IMG/VR virus record: IMGVR_UViG_640753022_000005
Location: 874-64,873 of that record
Length of the DNA stretch: 64,000 bases
Strand: one strand, 5' to 3'
DNA from: a virus
Of this stretch, positions 1 to 8,854 are shown in pieces; position 1 is the first letter of the stretch, and each line of letters begins with the position of its first letter. The translations under genes were made by a program, and so were the position numbers. A model generated the notes under the pieces. The model made no database searches and was not told the DNA's origin. It was given only the letters and a program-made list of their open reading frames with translations.

Positions 1-864
1 ATCTTTCAATGGTGCGCCCGCATCATCATAATCTTTGTTATTAAGTAACATATGAACAGATTTAAGTGCATCAAGTAGCTCTGTATTACGTGTCTCTGCA
101 AGCCTGTCAAACCATCTTTGGAAAGCTTGAGTTGGCTTCGCTTCCTCGTTCCCTCTGGCCCTTTTCCTAAAATTCTGAACCGATGATCCTAAATATTTAG
201 GTGTTAAATCAGGAAAAGGATAATCAGCTGATTTAAGAGTGGCATTACTTGCTGCTTTTCGTCCCCATTCTGCCCATTTTGGTAATGTTCTTGATAAAGA
301 TCGTAATGCCATAGAAGAAAAAAGGTCTGGTGCCATAGGAATAATAAAAGCATCACTTGTCATGAACAGATTCTGATTGATGGCTCCTAGGCTGGGACTC
401 ATGTCAACTAAAGCAAAATCAATATGGTTAGCTTCACCTGTTTTTTTTATTGCATGATGAAGCGCTCCAGGAATATTTTGTAAAGCTGACAGAGAATTGC
501 TTAATTCATGAGATACTGCAAGTTGGCTTTCATACTCGGCCAAACCAACATGCCCCGGTAATAAGTACAGTCCATTTTGGGCAGGAGATTCATAAAGTTC
601 AGTAGCTTCTATTATATAAGGTCGAGATTCAAAAGCAGGCCGTACAGCATCGCGTATATTTTTTGGCTTTTGAAGTGAAGCGCTCTCAAAAGGATAATCT
701 TCTGCATCTACCTCTCCCAAAAATACGCCGGTAAGATTACATTGAGGATCGCAATCAACTACCATAGTTCGCTTACCTAGAGAGGCTAACATCCAAGCCA
801 AGTGGAATGTCATTGTTGTTTTGGACACTCCTCCTTTATGATTGAAGATAGCAATTTGTTTCAT
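1..864 (-). CDS. ParA/Soj-family ATPase (AAA_31-like), 3' end runs off the window
   Basis: Not in ORF track. Manual translation from ATG at 864: MKQIAIFNHKGGVSKTT (deviant Walker A), VVDCDPQCNLT, LVDMSPSLG (Walker B region); no stop seen to position 1. Confidence 0.85.
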   Translation of the reverse strand, partial: MKQIAIFNHKGGVSKTTMTFHLAWMLASLGKRTMVVDCDPQCNLTGVFLGEVDAEDYPFESASLQKPKNIRDAVRPAFESRPYIIEATELYESPAQNGLYLLPGHVGLAEYESQLAVSHELSNSLSALQNIPGALHHAIKKTGEANHIDFALVDMSPSLGAINQNLFMTSDAFIIPMAPDLFSSMALRSLSRTLPKWAEWGRKAASNATLKSADYPFPDLTPKYLGSSVQNFRKRARGNEEAKPTQAFQRWFDRLAETRNTELLDALKSVHMLLNNKDYDDAGAPLKD

Positions 865-940
865 AATACATTCCTTTAAGATTGTGGAGGTCTAAATTTT
901 AAGATTAAATATATTTCTTATAAATAAGAAATTTTCATTT

Positions 941-996
941 AAATTATTAAATTATTAAATTATTAAATTATTAAATTATTAAATTATTAAATTATT
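941..996. repeat. Perfect tandem repeat, 7 x AAATTATT
   Basis: Read directly; ~80 bp upstream of the ParA-like start codon. Confidence 0.95.
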
Positions 997-1242
997 AAAT
1001 AATGCATTTTTTTTAAATTGGCTAAACGATAGAGCAATACAAATGTAAAAAATTAAATCTCAAATATGGAAAAGATATTCAATAATATATATTGTTGAAA
1101 ATTACGATTTAAAGATAAAAAACCGCTATGGTATGAATTTTACTGTTATATAAGAATTCAGTAGAACACAAACCTTTTATTAAAATCTCGGACAAACCTT
1201 ACATGAAAATACATTAAAGAGAGTAATTATTAAAACTACTAA

Positions 1243-1269
1243 GGTTAGTAGGGTTAGTAGGGTTAGTGG
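1243..1269. repeat. 3 x GGTTAGTAG direct repeat abutting the att core
   Basis: GGTTAGTAG at 1243 and 1252, GGTTAGTGG at 1261. Confidence 0.8.
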
Positions 1270-1283
1270 TGCGATAATAGGAG
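1267..1283 (-). other. Distal att core of the satellite (tRNA-Thr 3' end copy with 1-bp deletion)
   Basis: TGGTGC-GATAATAGGAG versus TGGTGCCGATAATAGGAG at 13259 and 62565. Confidence 0.75.
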
Positions 1284-1339
1284 CAAAAAACACATATAAG
1301 TCATTGATTAAAAAACATAAAAAACAAATGGCGGTGAAA

Positions 1340-1360
1340 GTGCCCCCATTCATGCCCCCA
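1340..1360. promoter_or_regulatory. Integrase arm-type repeats (left end)
   Basis: GTGCCCCCA (1340) and ATGCCCCCA (1352), 12 bp apart; same pair and spacing at 13125/13137. Confidence 0.6.
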
Positions 1361-1483
1361 CCTGACCATAGTTCCGACCTCATAGACATAACCCTACACC
1401 ATCAGGATCGCAGTGCGCTACTAAATCTAGGCCAAGCTAAATAAAATCCACTTGACCTGAATTATAATAGGATGTCGTCAAAT

Positions 1484-2707
1484 CTATGGCCAATCCCAGT
1501 TAGTATATTTTTCTAGCATCGCTTTTATTTCAGCTGGAGCCAGAGTATCTACGATATTCGCACGGTAAGAATGCTGTTTCAGTACTTTCGCTGATGTAAA
1601 ATTATGAGGGATATATGGATCAAACTTACCTAAAGGAGCAAGCAAATCTATATCTGTGTTAATAGTCTTGAGCCAGGAAGCCAAAATCACTTTTGCACCG
1701 GTTTGCTCAATATAAGCTCTACCCGATTCTAAACTATAACCTTTCGTAGTTATATCATCTATTAAAAGGACTGTTTTCCCCGGCCCCAAAGGACTTTTTA
1801 CATATCTTCTGGTAGCGCTTCGCATAGGCTTATAATTCAAACGAATTGTGTTTAGCTGATTTAAAAAATCAATCGCCATCTTATTATTTCGTGCGGTTTG
1901 AGATTTTATTGCATCAGTGTGTCTAATAATTAAATCAAAAAGATAATTCTTTCTAAAACACTTCCCGAATATAGATATAGCCTCGTTCATAACTGGGTTA
2001 CCATATCCAGCCTTGTGTCCAGGATAGACGCTAACGTAATCTATTTTTTTGTGAACCCCACTGAAATACAAACTAGAAACTATCGCACCAATCCAAAAAT
2101 CAGGATGCCCCGTACCATGTTTAGCTGCATTTCTAGCATGTTGAGAGTATAAAGTATTTTCTTCTTTCATTGTACTGAATGGTGCTAGTGCATAAAAATT
2201 GAAATCACCATCATGTATTTCGTGGCACCAAAGATGAGAGCGAAGACAAAAAGTATCAATGAATCTTGCGATATCTTTCGGTGATGCAAATTCAAAACCA
2301 TAATCCGTTTTATTTTCCCACCACGTAGCTCTTAAGAATAATAACTCTCCATTAACTGCGGTTCTCATGTCATCGTCAGTCGAACCAATATATATTGTTT
2401 CGGTAGAGCTCCATCCTTTTAAATTCAATATATATTCTATTGACTCAGCACGAGGTCTGGGTGGAATGCTCTTATCATCCGCATAACAGATATAACTGAA
2501 CTCCCCCCATTTCTCCTTGAGAAAATCTTCAAGTTTACTAGTTTCATTATAAGTCCATTGTCGATTAGTATGTATTACAAAGTCTAACCCCTTAGACTTG
2601 AAATAATTTATTAGTTTATTAACCTCTGAGAATATTGCACGATCTAATTTACCATTAGGACAGATAGTACCTTCAACACTTAGAATAACGCCCTTTATTC
2701 TAGTCAT
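1484..2707 (-). CDS. shosT: ShosT-like toxin: degenerate HAD-fold N-terminus plus phosphoribosyltransferase domain
   Basis: VILSVEGT and IYIGSTDDD (HAD-like motifs), VLLIDDITTKGYSL (PRPP-binding loop); directly downstream of a DprA-like gene. Confidence 0.8.
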   Translation of the reverse strand: MTRIKGVILSVEGTICPNGKLDRAIFSEVNKLINYFKSKGLDFVIHTNRQWTYNETSKLEDFLKEKWGEFSYICYADDKSIPPRPRAESIEYILNLKGWSSTETIYIGSTDDDMRTAVNGELLFLRATWWENKTDYGFEFASPKDIARFIDTFCLRSHLWCHEIHDGDFNFYALAPFSTMKEENTLYSQHARNAAKHGTGHPDFWIGAIVSSLYFSGVHKKIDYVSVYPGHKAGYGNPVMNEAISIFGKCFRKNYLFDLIIRHTDAIKSQTARNNKMAIDFLNQLNTIRLNYKPMRSATRRYVKSPLGPGKTVLLIDDITTKGYSLESGRAYIEQTGAKVILASWLKTINTDIDLLAPLGKFDPYIPHNFTSAKVLKQHSYRANIVDTLAPAEIKAMLEKYTNWDWP

Positions 2708-2716
2708 TTTCGTTTC

Positions 2717-3694
2717 CTATAAATCCAAACTCTGTTGTGTAGGCAGTAAATTAAGTGATTTATTTACAGAAGTTATATAATTTATTGCCTCATTCAATTT
2801 TAATGGCACTTCAAAATTCTCTGCACTCTTATTTTTTTCCGAAAACTCCAATTCAGTTCTAACATGATAAGTTAATGGCAAGTATAAATTTACTATTTTT
2901 CGCCCGTATGTATATGCATAATCAACAGTGTGAGCCGTACCGCTTTTTATTTTCCATTCAACGGGAATCAAAACTTGGCATAAAGCAGCTTGTAACCTAT
3001 TCCTTCGAACAAAATTTTCCGCACTATAACTTTGTCGTGGTAAGTATTCAGTAATTACTGTCCCCCCGTGCTTAACTATTTGCTCTCGTAATATATTTGA
3101 GCCTTTAGGGTACTCATTAAATATACCATTCCCAAGCACGGCTACTGTAGGAATGCCATATCTTAAAGATTCACTATGCGCGATTTGATCAATACCATAG
3201 GCTAAACCACTTACTGTAATAAAACCTCTATTTAAAAGAGATGCAACAATCAGCTTTGTAATAAAAATGCCATCATCACTAGGCTTTCTTGTTCCGACTA
3301 TCGCAACAGACTTACAATTTAAGTTCTCGAGTGAACCCTCAACAAAGATCCAATGAGGCGGATCTGGGATTTCTTTAAAACAGCGAGGAAAAGATTCATG
3401 ATCAAAGAATACTAATTTAATGCCTCGTTTACTGAGCTCTCGTGCTTTCTCAATACCTTCGTTCCAAAGGTTTTGTTGCATGGTTTCCCACTCGTCACCT
3501 TTAGGCAAATGCACCCTAAGAAAGCCAGCTAACCTAGCACAATCGGAAGATTTAAGTATTTCTTTGAAACCAATTTTTGATTCAGCTATTTTTCGTAACG
3601 TCCAATAGCTTACGCCCTTAATAGATGTCAATGCAAGGAAGGCTACTGTTTCATTTCTCCAGAAATCAAATTGAGCATCAGTAGATTTTTCCAT
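2717..3694 (-). CDS. shosA: ShosA-like DprA/Smf (SLOG) protein
   Basis: VAIVGTRKPS, TVSGLAYGIDQIAH, VAVLGNG, FVRRNRLQAAL, SGTAHTVDYA are DprA core motifs. Confidence 0.85.
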   Translation of the reverse strand: MEKSTDAQFDFWRNETVAFLALTSIKGVSYWTLRKIAESKIGFKEILKSSDCARLAGFLRVHLPKGDEWETMQQNLWNEGIEKARELSKRGIKLVFFDHESFPRCFKEIPDPPHWIFVEGSLENLNCKSVAIVGTRKPSDDGIFITKLIVASLLNRGFITVSGLAYGIDQIAHSESLRYGIPTVAVLGNGIFNEYPKGSNILREQIVKHGGTVITEYLPRQSYSAENFVRRNRLQAALCQVLIPVEWKIKSGTAHTVDYAYTYGRKIVNLYLPLTYHVRTELEFSEKNKSAENFEVPLKLNEAINYITSVNKSLNLLPTQQSLDL

Positions 3695-3960
3695 ATTGGC
3701 TTAGCCCTAAAAATTTCTTTCCAATAATTTAAGATTCCATTTGTCTATAAGGACTTTTTAGCATACGTAGGGCTCCTATTCTAGCCCTAACTTAACAAGG
3801 TTAAGAAGAGATGCTGAAATTTATCGAAAACTTCACCATAGCTCCTCACGAACACTTAAGTATAGAATCTTCCAATCAAAAAACCCATGTGGCTCAGCCG
3901 TAGCTTGCAACAATTTCGCCCTTATTCATTCGCGAAATAAAAGCGTTACAAACAAAAACG

Positions 3961-4110
3961 GCACTACACCGCACCCGCCTGCGGGTTCTGGATCACAAAA
4001 TTTTTTCAGTTTTGAGTTTTTACAGACGGTCCCGCCAGCCCGCGCCACTGCCGGGCAGGCGAGCCAGAAAGCAGACTGAAAAAGTTGAAAGAAATTTCAC
4101 TGTTTTTCAC
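3961..4110. other. Possible packaging (cos-like) region of the satellite
   Basis: GCACTACACCGCACCCGCC (3961-3979) loosely resembles the P2/186 19-nt cohesive end; non-coding, followed by A/T tracts; match is weak. Confidence 0.25.
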
Positions 4111-4319
4111 TTTCCATTCTTTACGAAGCTGTGCGGCAGAGAGTTAACCCCCTGATTTTACAGTTTAAATTTAACTTTTTGTGACCTGCCGACAGGGATT
4201 TCAGGCAGAGAAGATTTTACATGCGATTGATAATAAAAGGATTTTTTTATGATAAGACTGAAAAACACAGACATCGAAAACAGGGTGCCGGGCATGTTCG
4301 GAACGCCCGGCAGTTGTTG

Positions 4320-4592
4320 TTAATGCTTTTCTTCGGCCTCCTGTAACAACGCCAGCGCCTTTTTGCGGTCATGCTCTCCCAGTGAGTCAATCAGCTCCTT
4401 TACCCGCCCCTGCCCGCTCAGCGCACTGGGGCTGATGGTGTGTGAGAACGAGACATTCATTACAAAGGAGTGCCCGCATTCCATATTACTGCACTGGCAG
4501 TACACATCAGCCAGCTGGGGATGCTTCCGGTTGGTCTTGCGTATCTTTGCGTCTGCCAGACATACCGGGCAGGTCATTTTCATTATCCGCAT
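4320..4592 (-). CDS. ogr: Ogr/Delta-family zinc-finger late-gene activator
   Basis: CPVC...YCQCSNMECGHSFV...FSHTISPSAL signature. Confidence 0.9.
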   Translation of the reverse strand: MRIMKMTCPVCLADAKIRKTNRKHPQLADVYCQCSNMECGHSFVMNVSFSHTISPSALSGQGRVKELIDSLGEHDRKKALALLQEAEEKH

Positions 4593-4657
4593 GGTTATTC
4601 CTTTAAAACAGGCCCGCCAGAAATAAGGCTCCGGACATGGCGCTTTCTGTCAGAGAC

Positions 4658-4847
4658 GTGTAACAGTGGTAACACCGGTAACATCGTTGATATTAAAAGA
4701 AAAATCCCGTTACCACTGCGGTATTTACTGTGGTAACACGCGGTAACAGGCTGTTTTCTGTTACCAGTGTTACCACTCATGTTTTCTGACTGGTAACCGT
4801 CACAGGCCGCATAAACACAGGCTGTTACCTCTGTTACCAGTGTTACC
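4658..4847. repeat. Iteron cluster / probable replication origin of the satellite
   Basis: About 12 copies of TGTTACC/GGTAACA or close variants in both orientations, often 9 bp apart (4668, 4677, 4732, 4742, 4759, 4768, 4823, 4832, 4841), just downstream of the primase; analogous to P4 TGTTCACC iterons. Confidence 0.75.
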
Positions 4848-4871
4848 TCAGATAAATAAGGCTCGCGCGAT

Positions 4872-7559
4872 TTAAACCGGGTCCGCGCTCCCCAGTACCT
4901 GACTGTTAAACTGATACACCCGCTTGAGCCCTATCTCTGGCAGGCGGACGTTAGTCTGTGTACGCCCTTCGCTGCCCGCCTCCAGCCACCCGGCGGCTAC
5001 GCACAGCCGCGCCACCTTACGTGCATCAAAACCCCTGCAGATTTCCTTCCAGCCGGACGGCAGCACATAAAAGGTGGTTACCGGCTCGCTGTCATTACTG
5101 CCCTTCTCCACCTTACGGAACCCCATCATGGATACAGGCCGGTTGCGCTCGTCATGCCAGTCGGCAAAGCGGCTGAACTGGTTGCGGGTCATGAAGTCGC
5201 ACACCTGTTCCAGTGCGGCCTTATCCTCCTGATTAGCTGTATGGCCACGGTCAGCCATCCATGAGGCCAGACAACGCTCAGCGGCCCGGAAAGCCTCACC
5301 CTCCGGCCAGCCGGTGATACCGGCGCGGGTGGCCAGCTCCCCGGCCATTGCCACCAGAGCAAAGCGCGTGACTGCACGCCCGACCTGATTCCCCGCATCC
5401 TGCGGTGTCAGTCTGCGGGTGAACGCCTTCAGCATGGCTTTCGCCTCGCTGGTCACCTGCGGTAAATCCTGCGTCAGGTGATGCAGCCAGTCACGAAACG
5501 GCGCGCCGTGATGCAGCTTCACTGCCTGTTCAAGGTGCTCAGCCAGCGCCTTGCCGCCGCTGAAGCCGTGCAGCTCCTCAAACACGCCGTATCTGCCCGA
5601 ATCGCTGGGGATCTGGATCATCCTGACCTCAACACCGGCATAGGTGCGTTCTCCGGCATTTGCGGCGTGTTCAACCAGTGACAGCTCCCCGGTGGACAGA
5701 AACAGCAGGTTCCAGCGGCTGGTTTCCCGTACAGAACCGTCCGTTCTGGCGCGGGCCTTGCCCTGCCCGTTCGCCAGCATATAGGCGATGTTACCGGCCT
5801 CGCGCCCGTCCACCTCGCGGATTTCGTCAAGCATCAGCGTGGCGTCGTTGCGGCGGCTGGCCGTGCCTTCCAGCGCATTACCGGTGGCGCGCCACGTATG
5901 CCAGAAGTCGGTTCCCCCACAGACGGAAGCAGCCACCTTCATGGTGGTGGTTTTGCCGTCTGTGGATTCGCCCTTGAGGTGATAACCGCCCCCGCTCATG
6001 CCCACCAGTTGCAGCAGCGGTGCGGCAAAAGCCAGACTGACGGCAAAAGCCACCCGCGCATTCCCCACGCAGTAGCGACTTATCTGTTCGCGCCATTCGT
6101 CTGCCGTGCCGTTCACCCGGAAGTCACGGCCCTGCACGCTGCTGGTCTGTAGAATCACAGACTGCGCGTCACGACCTATCACTTCGTCCTGAAGCACATA
6201 GACGCCACCGTGCCAACCGGTTTTGTTCACGCAGGTCACTTTTCTGTCCGGTTTGCACAGCGAGATATATTCCATCAGATGCGCACGCGCCATCCCGTTG
6301 ATGTTGATATAGGAAAGCCCGTTAACCAGCAGCACGCGCCGCAGCTCTTCCCCGCTGCCGCCAAGCAGCTCCATCGGCATGGCCCATTTGCGGCTGTTGC
6401 CGTTGGTGTCCTCCCACTCCAGCAGGCGGCCATAATTACTGCCGTCAGCATCACAGGTAATGGCCGTCACACGCAGGGGGCTGCAAATTTTGATGTTGCG
6501 GATTTCCGTATCGCCGTCTGATTTGTTTACCTGCTTGTCATACCACAGATATTCCTTTGTCAGCCGGAACCCCTGCGGCAGACGGGTAAGCCCCCTGCCG
6601 TGCAGCGTCATTTCCTCCATAAACGCTTCACGGGCACGCCGCTCGCCCTGTTCACGACGAAAATCATCCCAGTCCGCTTTATGGCGGGTGGGCGGCAGGG
6701 TTACCCAGCCGTCAACGGCCTGTGCCGCCTTTTCCGCCTGAATGCGCCCGGTATTATCTTTACCATCCAGCAAGTCGTTATCCCCGGCCAGAACGATGCG
6801 CACGTCCGGCCAGCGCTGGCGCACCTGCTGCGCCACCTTCGGCAGATTACCGGCAGCCACCGCCGCCAGTATCAGCCCGTCAGCCAGCCCGCTGACGGTC
6901 AGGCCGGTGGCATAACCTTCGGTGATGATTACCTGCGCGGGCGGCTCTGCTGACGCGCCGGACACAGGAATAAATGCCCCGGACAGCTGGCTGCCCGGCA
7001 GCAGGCATTTTTCACCGTCAGGACTGATGAGCTGACCGCCGGTGATATTCCCGGCCATATCCGTGAGAGGAAGCAGTAAAGAACCCGGCGCAAACGTCAA
7101 CCCGGCCACGCTGACTGGCTGCTCCAGCAGGGAAAGCGTATGCCCGTGCAGCCCCCGCGCCGTCAGATAGGCACTTTCACCCTGTCGGGTCTGCTGCTGA
7201 AGCTGTGCAAAACGCCCCCGCCCCGTATTCCCGTCCATGGCCTTATTTCTGGCAGGCAATACGGGCTGGTTGCTTACGTCGGGTAATGACAGCGCTCCGG
7301 CCACCATGGCAGAAACGGCTTTAACATCCTGCCCGGTGGCAAGACGAACCAGATCCAGTCCGTCTCCGTTCCCGCACTGATTACAGAACCACGTTCCGCG
7401 TCCCTCCCTGTCGTCCAGACGAAAGCGATCCTTTCCGCCACAGACGGGGCAGGCTCCGTGCCTTTTTGCCGCCGGAACGCGGATACCCAGCGCGGAAAGA
7501 ATATGTGGCCAGCGGCCACGCGCGGCTGTTGCCACAGTACTGACTGATTGTGCTTTCAC
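4872..7559 (-). CDS. Primase-helicase (zinc ribbon + TOPRIM + DUF927 helicase), P4 alpha analogue
   Basis: HGACPVCGGKDRFR, ITEGYATG, AGDND, Walker A GESTDGKTT, LDE. Confidence 0.9.
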   Translation of the reverse strand: MKAQSVSTVATAARGRWPHILSALGIRVPAAKRHGACPVCGGKDRFRLDDREGRGTWFCNQCGNGDGLDLVRLATGQDVKAVSAMVAGALSLPDVSNQPVLPARNKAMDGNTGRGRFAQLQQQTRQGESAYLTARGLHGHTLSLLEQPVSVAGLTFAPGSLLLPLTDMAGNITGGQLISPDGEKCLLPGSQLSGAFIPVSGASAEPPAQVIITEGYATGLTVSGLADGLILAAVAAGNLPKVAQQVRQRWPDVRIVLAGDNDLLDGKDNTGRIQAEKAAQAVDGWVTLPPTRHKADWDDFRREQGERRAREAFMEEMTLHGRGLTRLPQGFRLTKEYLWYDKQVNKSDGDTEIRNIKICSPLRVTAITCDADGSNYGRLLEWEDTNGNSRKWAMPMELLGGSGEELRRVLLVNGLSYININGMARAHLMEYISLCKPDRKVTCVNKTGWHGGVYVLQDEVIGRDAQSVILQTSSVQGRDFRVNGTADEWREQISRYCVGNARVAFAVSLAFAAPLLQLVGMSGGGYHLKGESTDGKTTTMKVAASVCGGTDFWHTWRATGNALEGTASRRNDATLMLDEIREVDGREAGNIAYMLANGQGKARARTDGSVRETSRWNLLFLSTGELSLVEHAANAGERTYAGVEVRMIQIPSDSGRYGVFEELHGFSGGKALAEHLEQAVKLHHGAPFRDWLHHLTQDLPQVTSEAKAMLKAFTRRLTPQDAGNQVGRAVTRFALVAMAGELATRAGITGWPEGEAFRAAERCLASWMADRGHTANQEDKAALEQVCDFMTRNQFSRFADWHDERNRPVSMMGFRKVEKGSNDSEPVTTFYVLPSGWKEICRGFDARKVARLCVAAGWLEAGSEGRTQTNVRLPEIGLKRVYQFNSQVLGSADPV

Positions 7560-7966
7560 AGATAAGCCTCCCCGTCTTCCGCTGACACAAAGGCATATCC
7601 CGGCGGCAGCTTGCCATCCGGCGCGCCGAAAATAATATCCCGGTACACTTCCCGCAGCTCCGTCACGCCGTTAAGGGAAAGGCGCAGGCTTTCACCTGCA
7701 AAACCCGGTGCCAGCATCCGCTCAAGCGCTTCGGCAGCCAGCCAGCTGCCTTCTTCCGCGCCAAATTCTTCCCGCCAGGGCGTTTCGATATGGAAAAGGA
7801 TATTCAGCGCCACTTTTTCGGGGGTAAGCGGGATGCGCTCACCCTCTTCGGCATAGACAGCCTCGCCGTTAACACGGGTCATCAGGGCAATGAAAGCATC
7901 TGCAATATAGCGGCGCAGCAGCGCCGTACGGAATGCCGGGCTAAGGAGGGTGCTGTCATTTATCAT
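7556..7966 (-). CDS. DUF5375 / P4 orf106-like protein
   Basis: FRTALLRRYIADAFI and EEGSWLAAEALERM resemble P4 orf106; position before primase. Confidence 0.6.
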   Translation of the reverse strand: MINDSTLLSPAFRTALLRRYIADAFIALMTRVNGEAVYAEEGERIPLTPEKVALNILFHIETPWREEFGAEEGSWLAAEALERMLAPGFAGESLRLSLNGVTELREVYRDIIFGAPDGKLPPGYAFVSAEDGEAYL

Positions 7967-8189
7967 GGCGTTCTCCCTTCATCAGACTGCTTTCCCGGAT
8001 CACACCATCAAGCTGTTCGGCGATACAGGCGAACAGGGCCGCCGCCCCTTCCGCAGAAACCTCCCTGCTGCCTGCTGGTCCTGAACAGGACAGAACATCG
8101 GCAAGAAATTCGCTGGCCATGGCCGCACGCAACAGCCGGTTTTCGCCCTGTTCACTGAGAGTACAGACAGGTTGCTGATACGTTTTCAT
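7956..8189 (-). CDS. Hypothetical satellite protein
   Basis: Start MKTYQQ at 8189 forms an ATGA overlap with the ash stop. Confidence 0.6.
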   Translation of the reverse strand: MKTYQQPVCTLSEQGENRLLRAAMASEFLADVLSCSGPAGSREVSAEGAAALFACIAEQLDGVIRESSLMKGERHDK

Positions 8190-8758
8190 GCCCGTACCTC
8201 CCGGCGCTGGCAGACAGGAAGCCGTCCGGCAAAACACAACACATAATCCGAAATGAGTTGCGCACGTGCAGCACGTTCAGTACCGGCATTAACACGAACA
8301 GCTAATGGCTGCGCACCGCAGTCAGCGCGGCGAACGGCAAGAAAGAGAAAGGTAAATTCAGGATGTGATGAAGCGAGGACTGTAGCCATGGTGGCAACCT
8401 CCGTTAGATAGCGGGTAACGCTACCACCGGAGTTTCCACGCTCACTGGTGGTAGCCCAGACGGGGGTGGAAATACCGGCTCTAACGGATACCGGCCTGAC
8501 CGAAGTCAGCCCCGCCTGAGCCACCATTACACGATAGCCACAACGGCAAAGAAACCGCAGTGCAAGTAACAGATGCGCAAAGGCAATGACACAAAAAAAG
8601 ACGCAAGGCGCGTCTGGTGTCGCCGTTAGATTATTCAGGTTTCCACGCCCGGCTGCCGATTTTGCGGCAGCGGGAAAACTATAGCCCGCGCATTCGTTCA
8701 GGCGCAAGGGTTTTATAACCGAATTTTGTTGATTGATTATGCAGTTACGTCCTGCCAT
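8186..8758 (-). CDS. ash: Ash / Icd-like host cell-division inhibitor
   Basis: GYSFPAAAKSAAGRG, VMVAQAG, TPVWATT, FTFLFLAVRRAD..TERAARAQL motifs. Confidence 0.8.
   Translation of the reverse strand: MAGRNCIINQQNSVIKPLRLNECAGYSFPAAAKSAAGRGNLNNLTATPDAPCVFFCVIAFAHLLLALRFLCRCGYRVMVAQAGLTSVRPVSVRAGISTPVWATTSERGNSGGSVTRYLTEVATMATVLASSHPEFTFLFLAVRRADCGAQPLAVRVNAGTERAARAQLISDYVLCFAGRLPVCQRREVRA
8447..8527 (-). ncRNA. C4 / P4 CI-like immunity RNA
   Basis: GGTGGCTCAGGCGGGG...CCCCGTCTGGGCTACCACC closing stem with internal CTGAC-TTCG-GTCAG hairpin, inside ash as in P4/P1. Confidence 0.6.
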
Positions 8759-8854
8759 TCTGTCATTCCTCCGGCGTACCGCCAGACGTTACGGGGATTT
8801 CCTGAGTAAGTTTCCATCCGGCCCGCTGAATCCCAGCGGGCTTTTTTATGCCTG

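Noticed and set aside
1180-1389. 69-aa hydrophobic ORF
   Set aside because: Spans the att core and short repeats; the LTLLTLLTL stretch is a repeat artefact
2717-3694. Competence gene dprA
   Set aside because: Island location, AT-richness and pairing with HAD-PRTase indicate ShosA
4595-4780. 61-aa ORF (MSGNTGNR..) and overlapping plus-strand ORFs
   Set aside because: The repetitive peptide is simply the translation of the TGTTACC iteron array
4958-7617. Many 60-120-aa ORFs overlapping the primase (similar shadows over capsid, TMP, terminase and helicase genes)
   Set aside because: Alternate-frame or antisense shadows of long conserved genes, with no RBS or motif support
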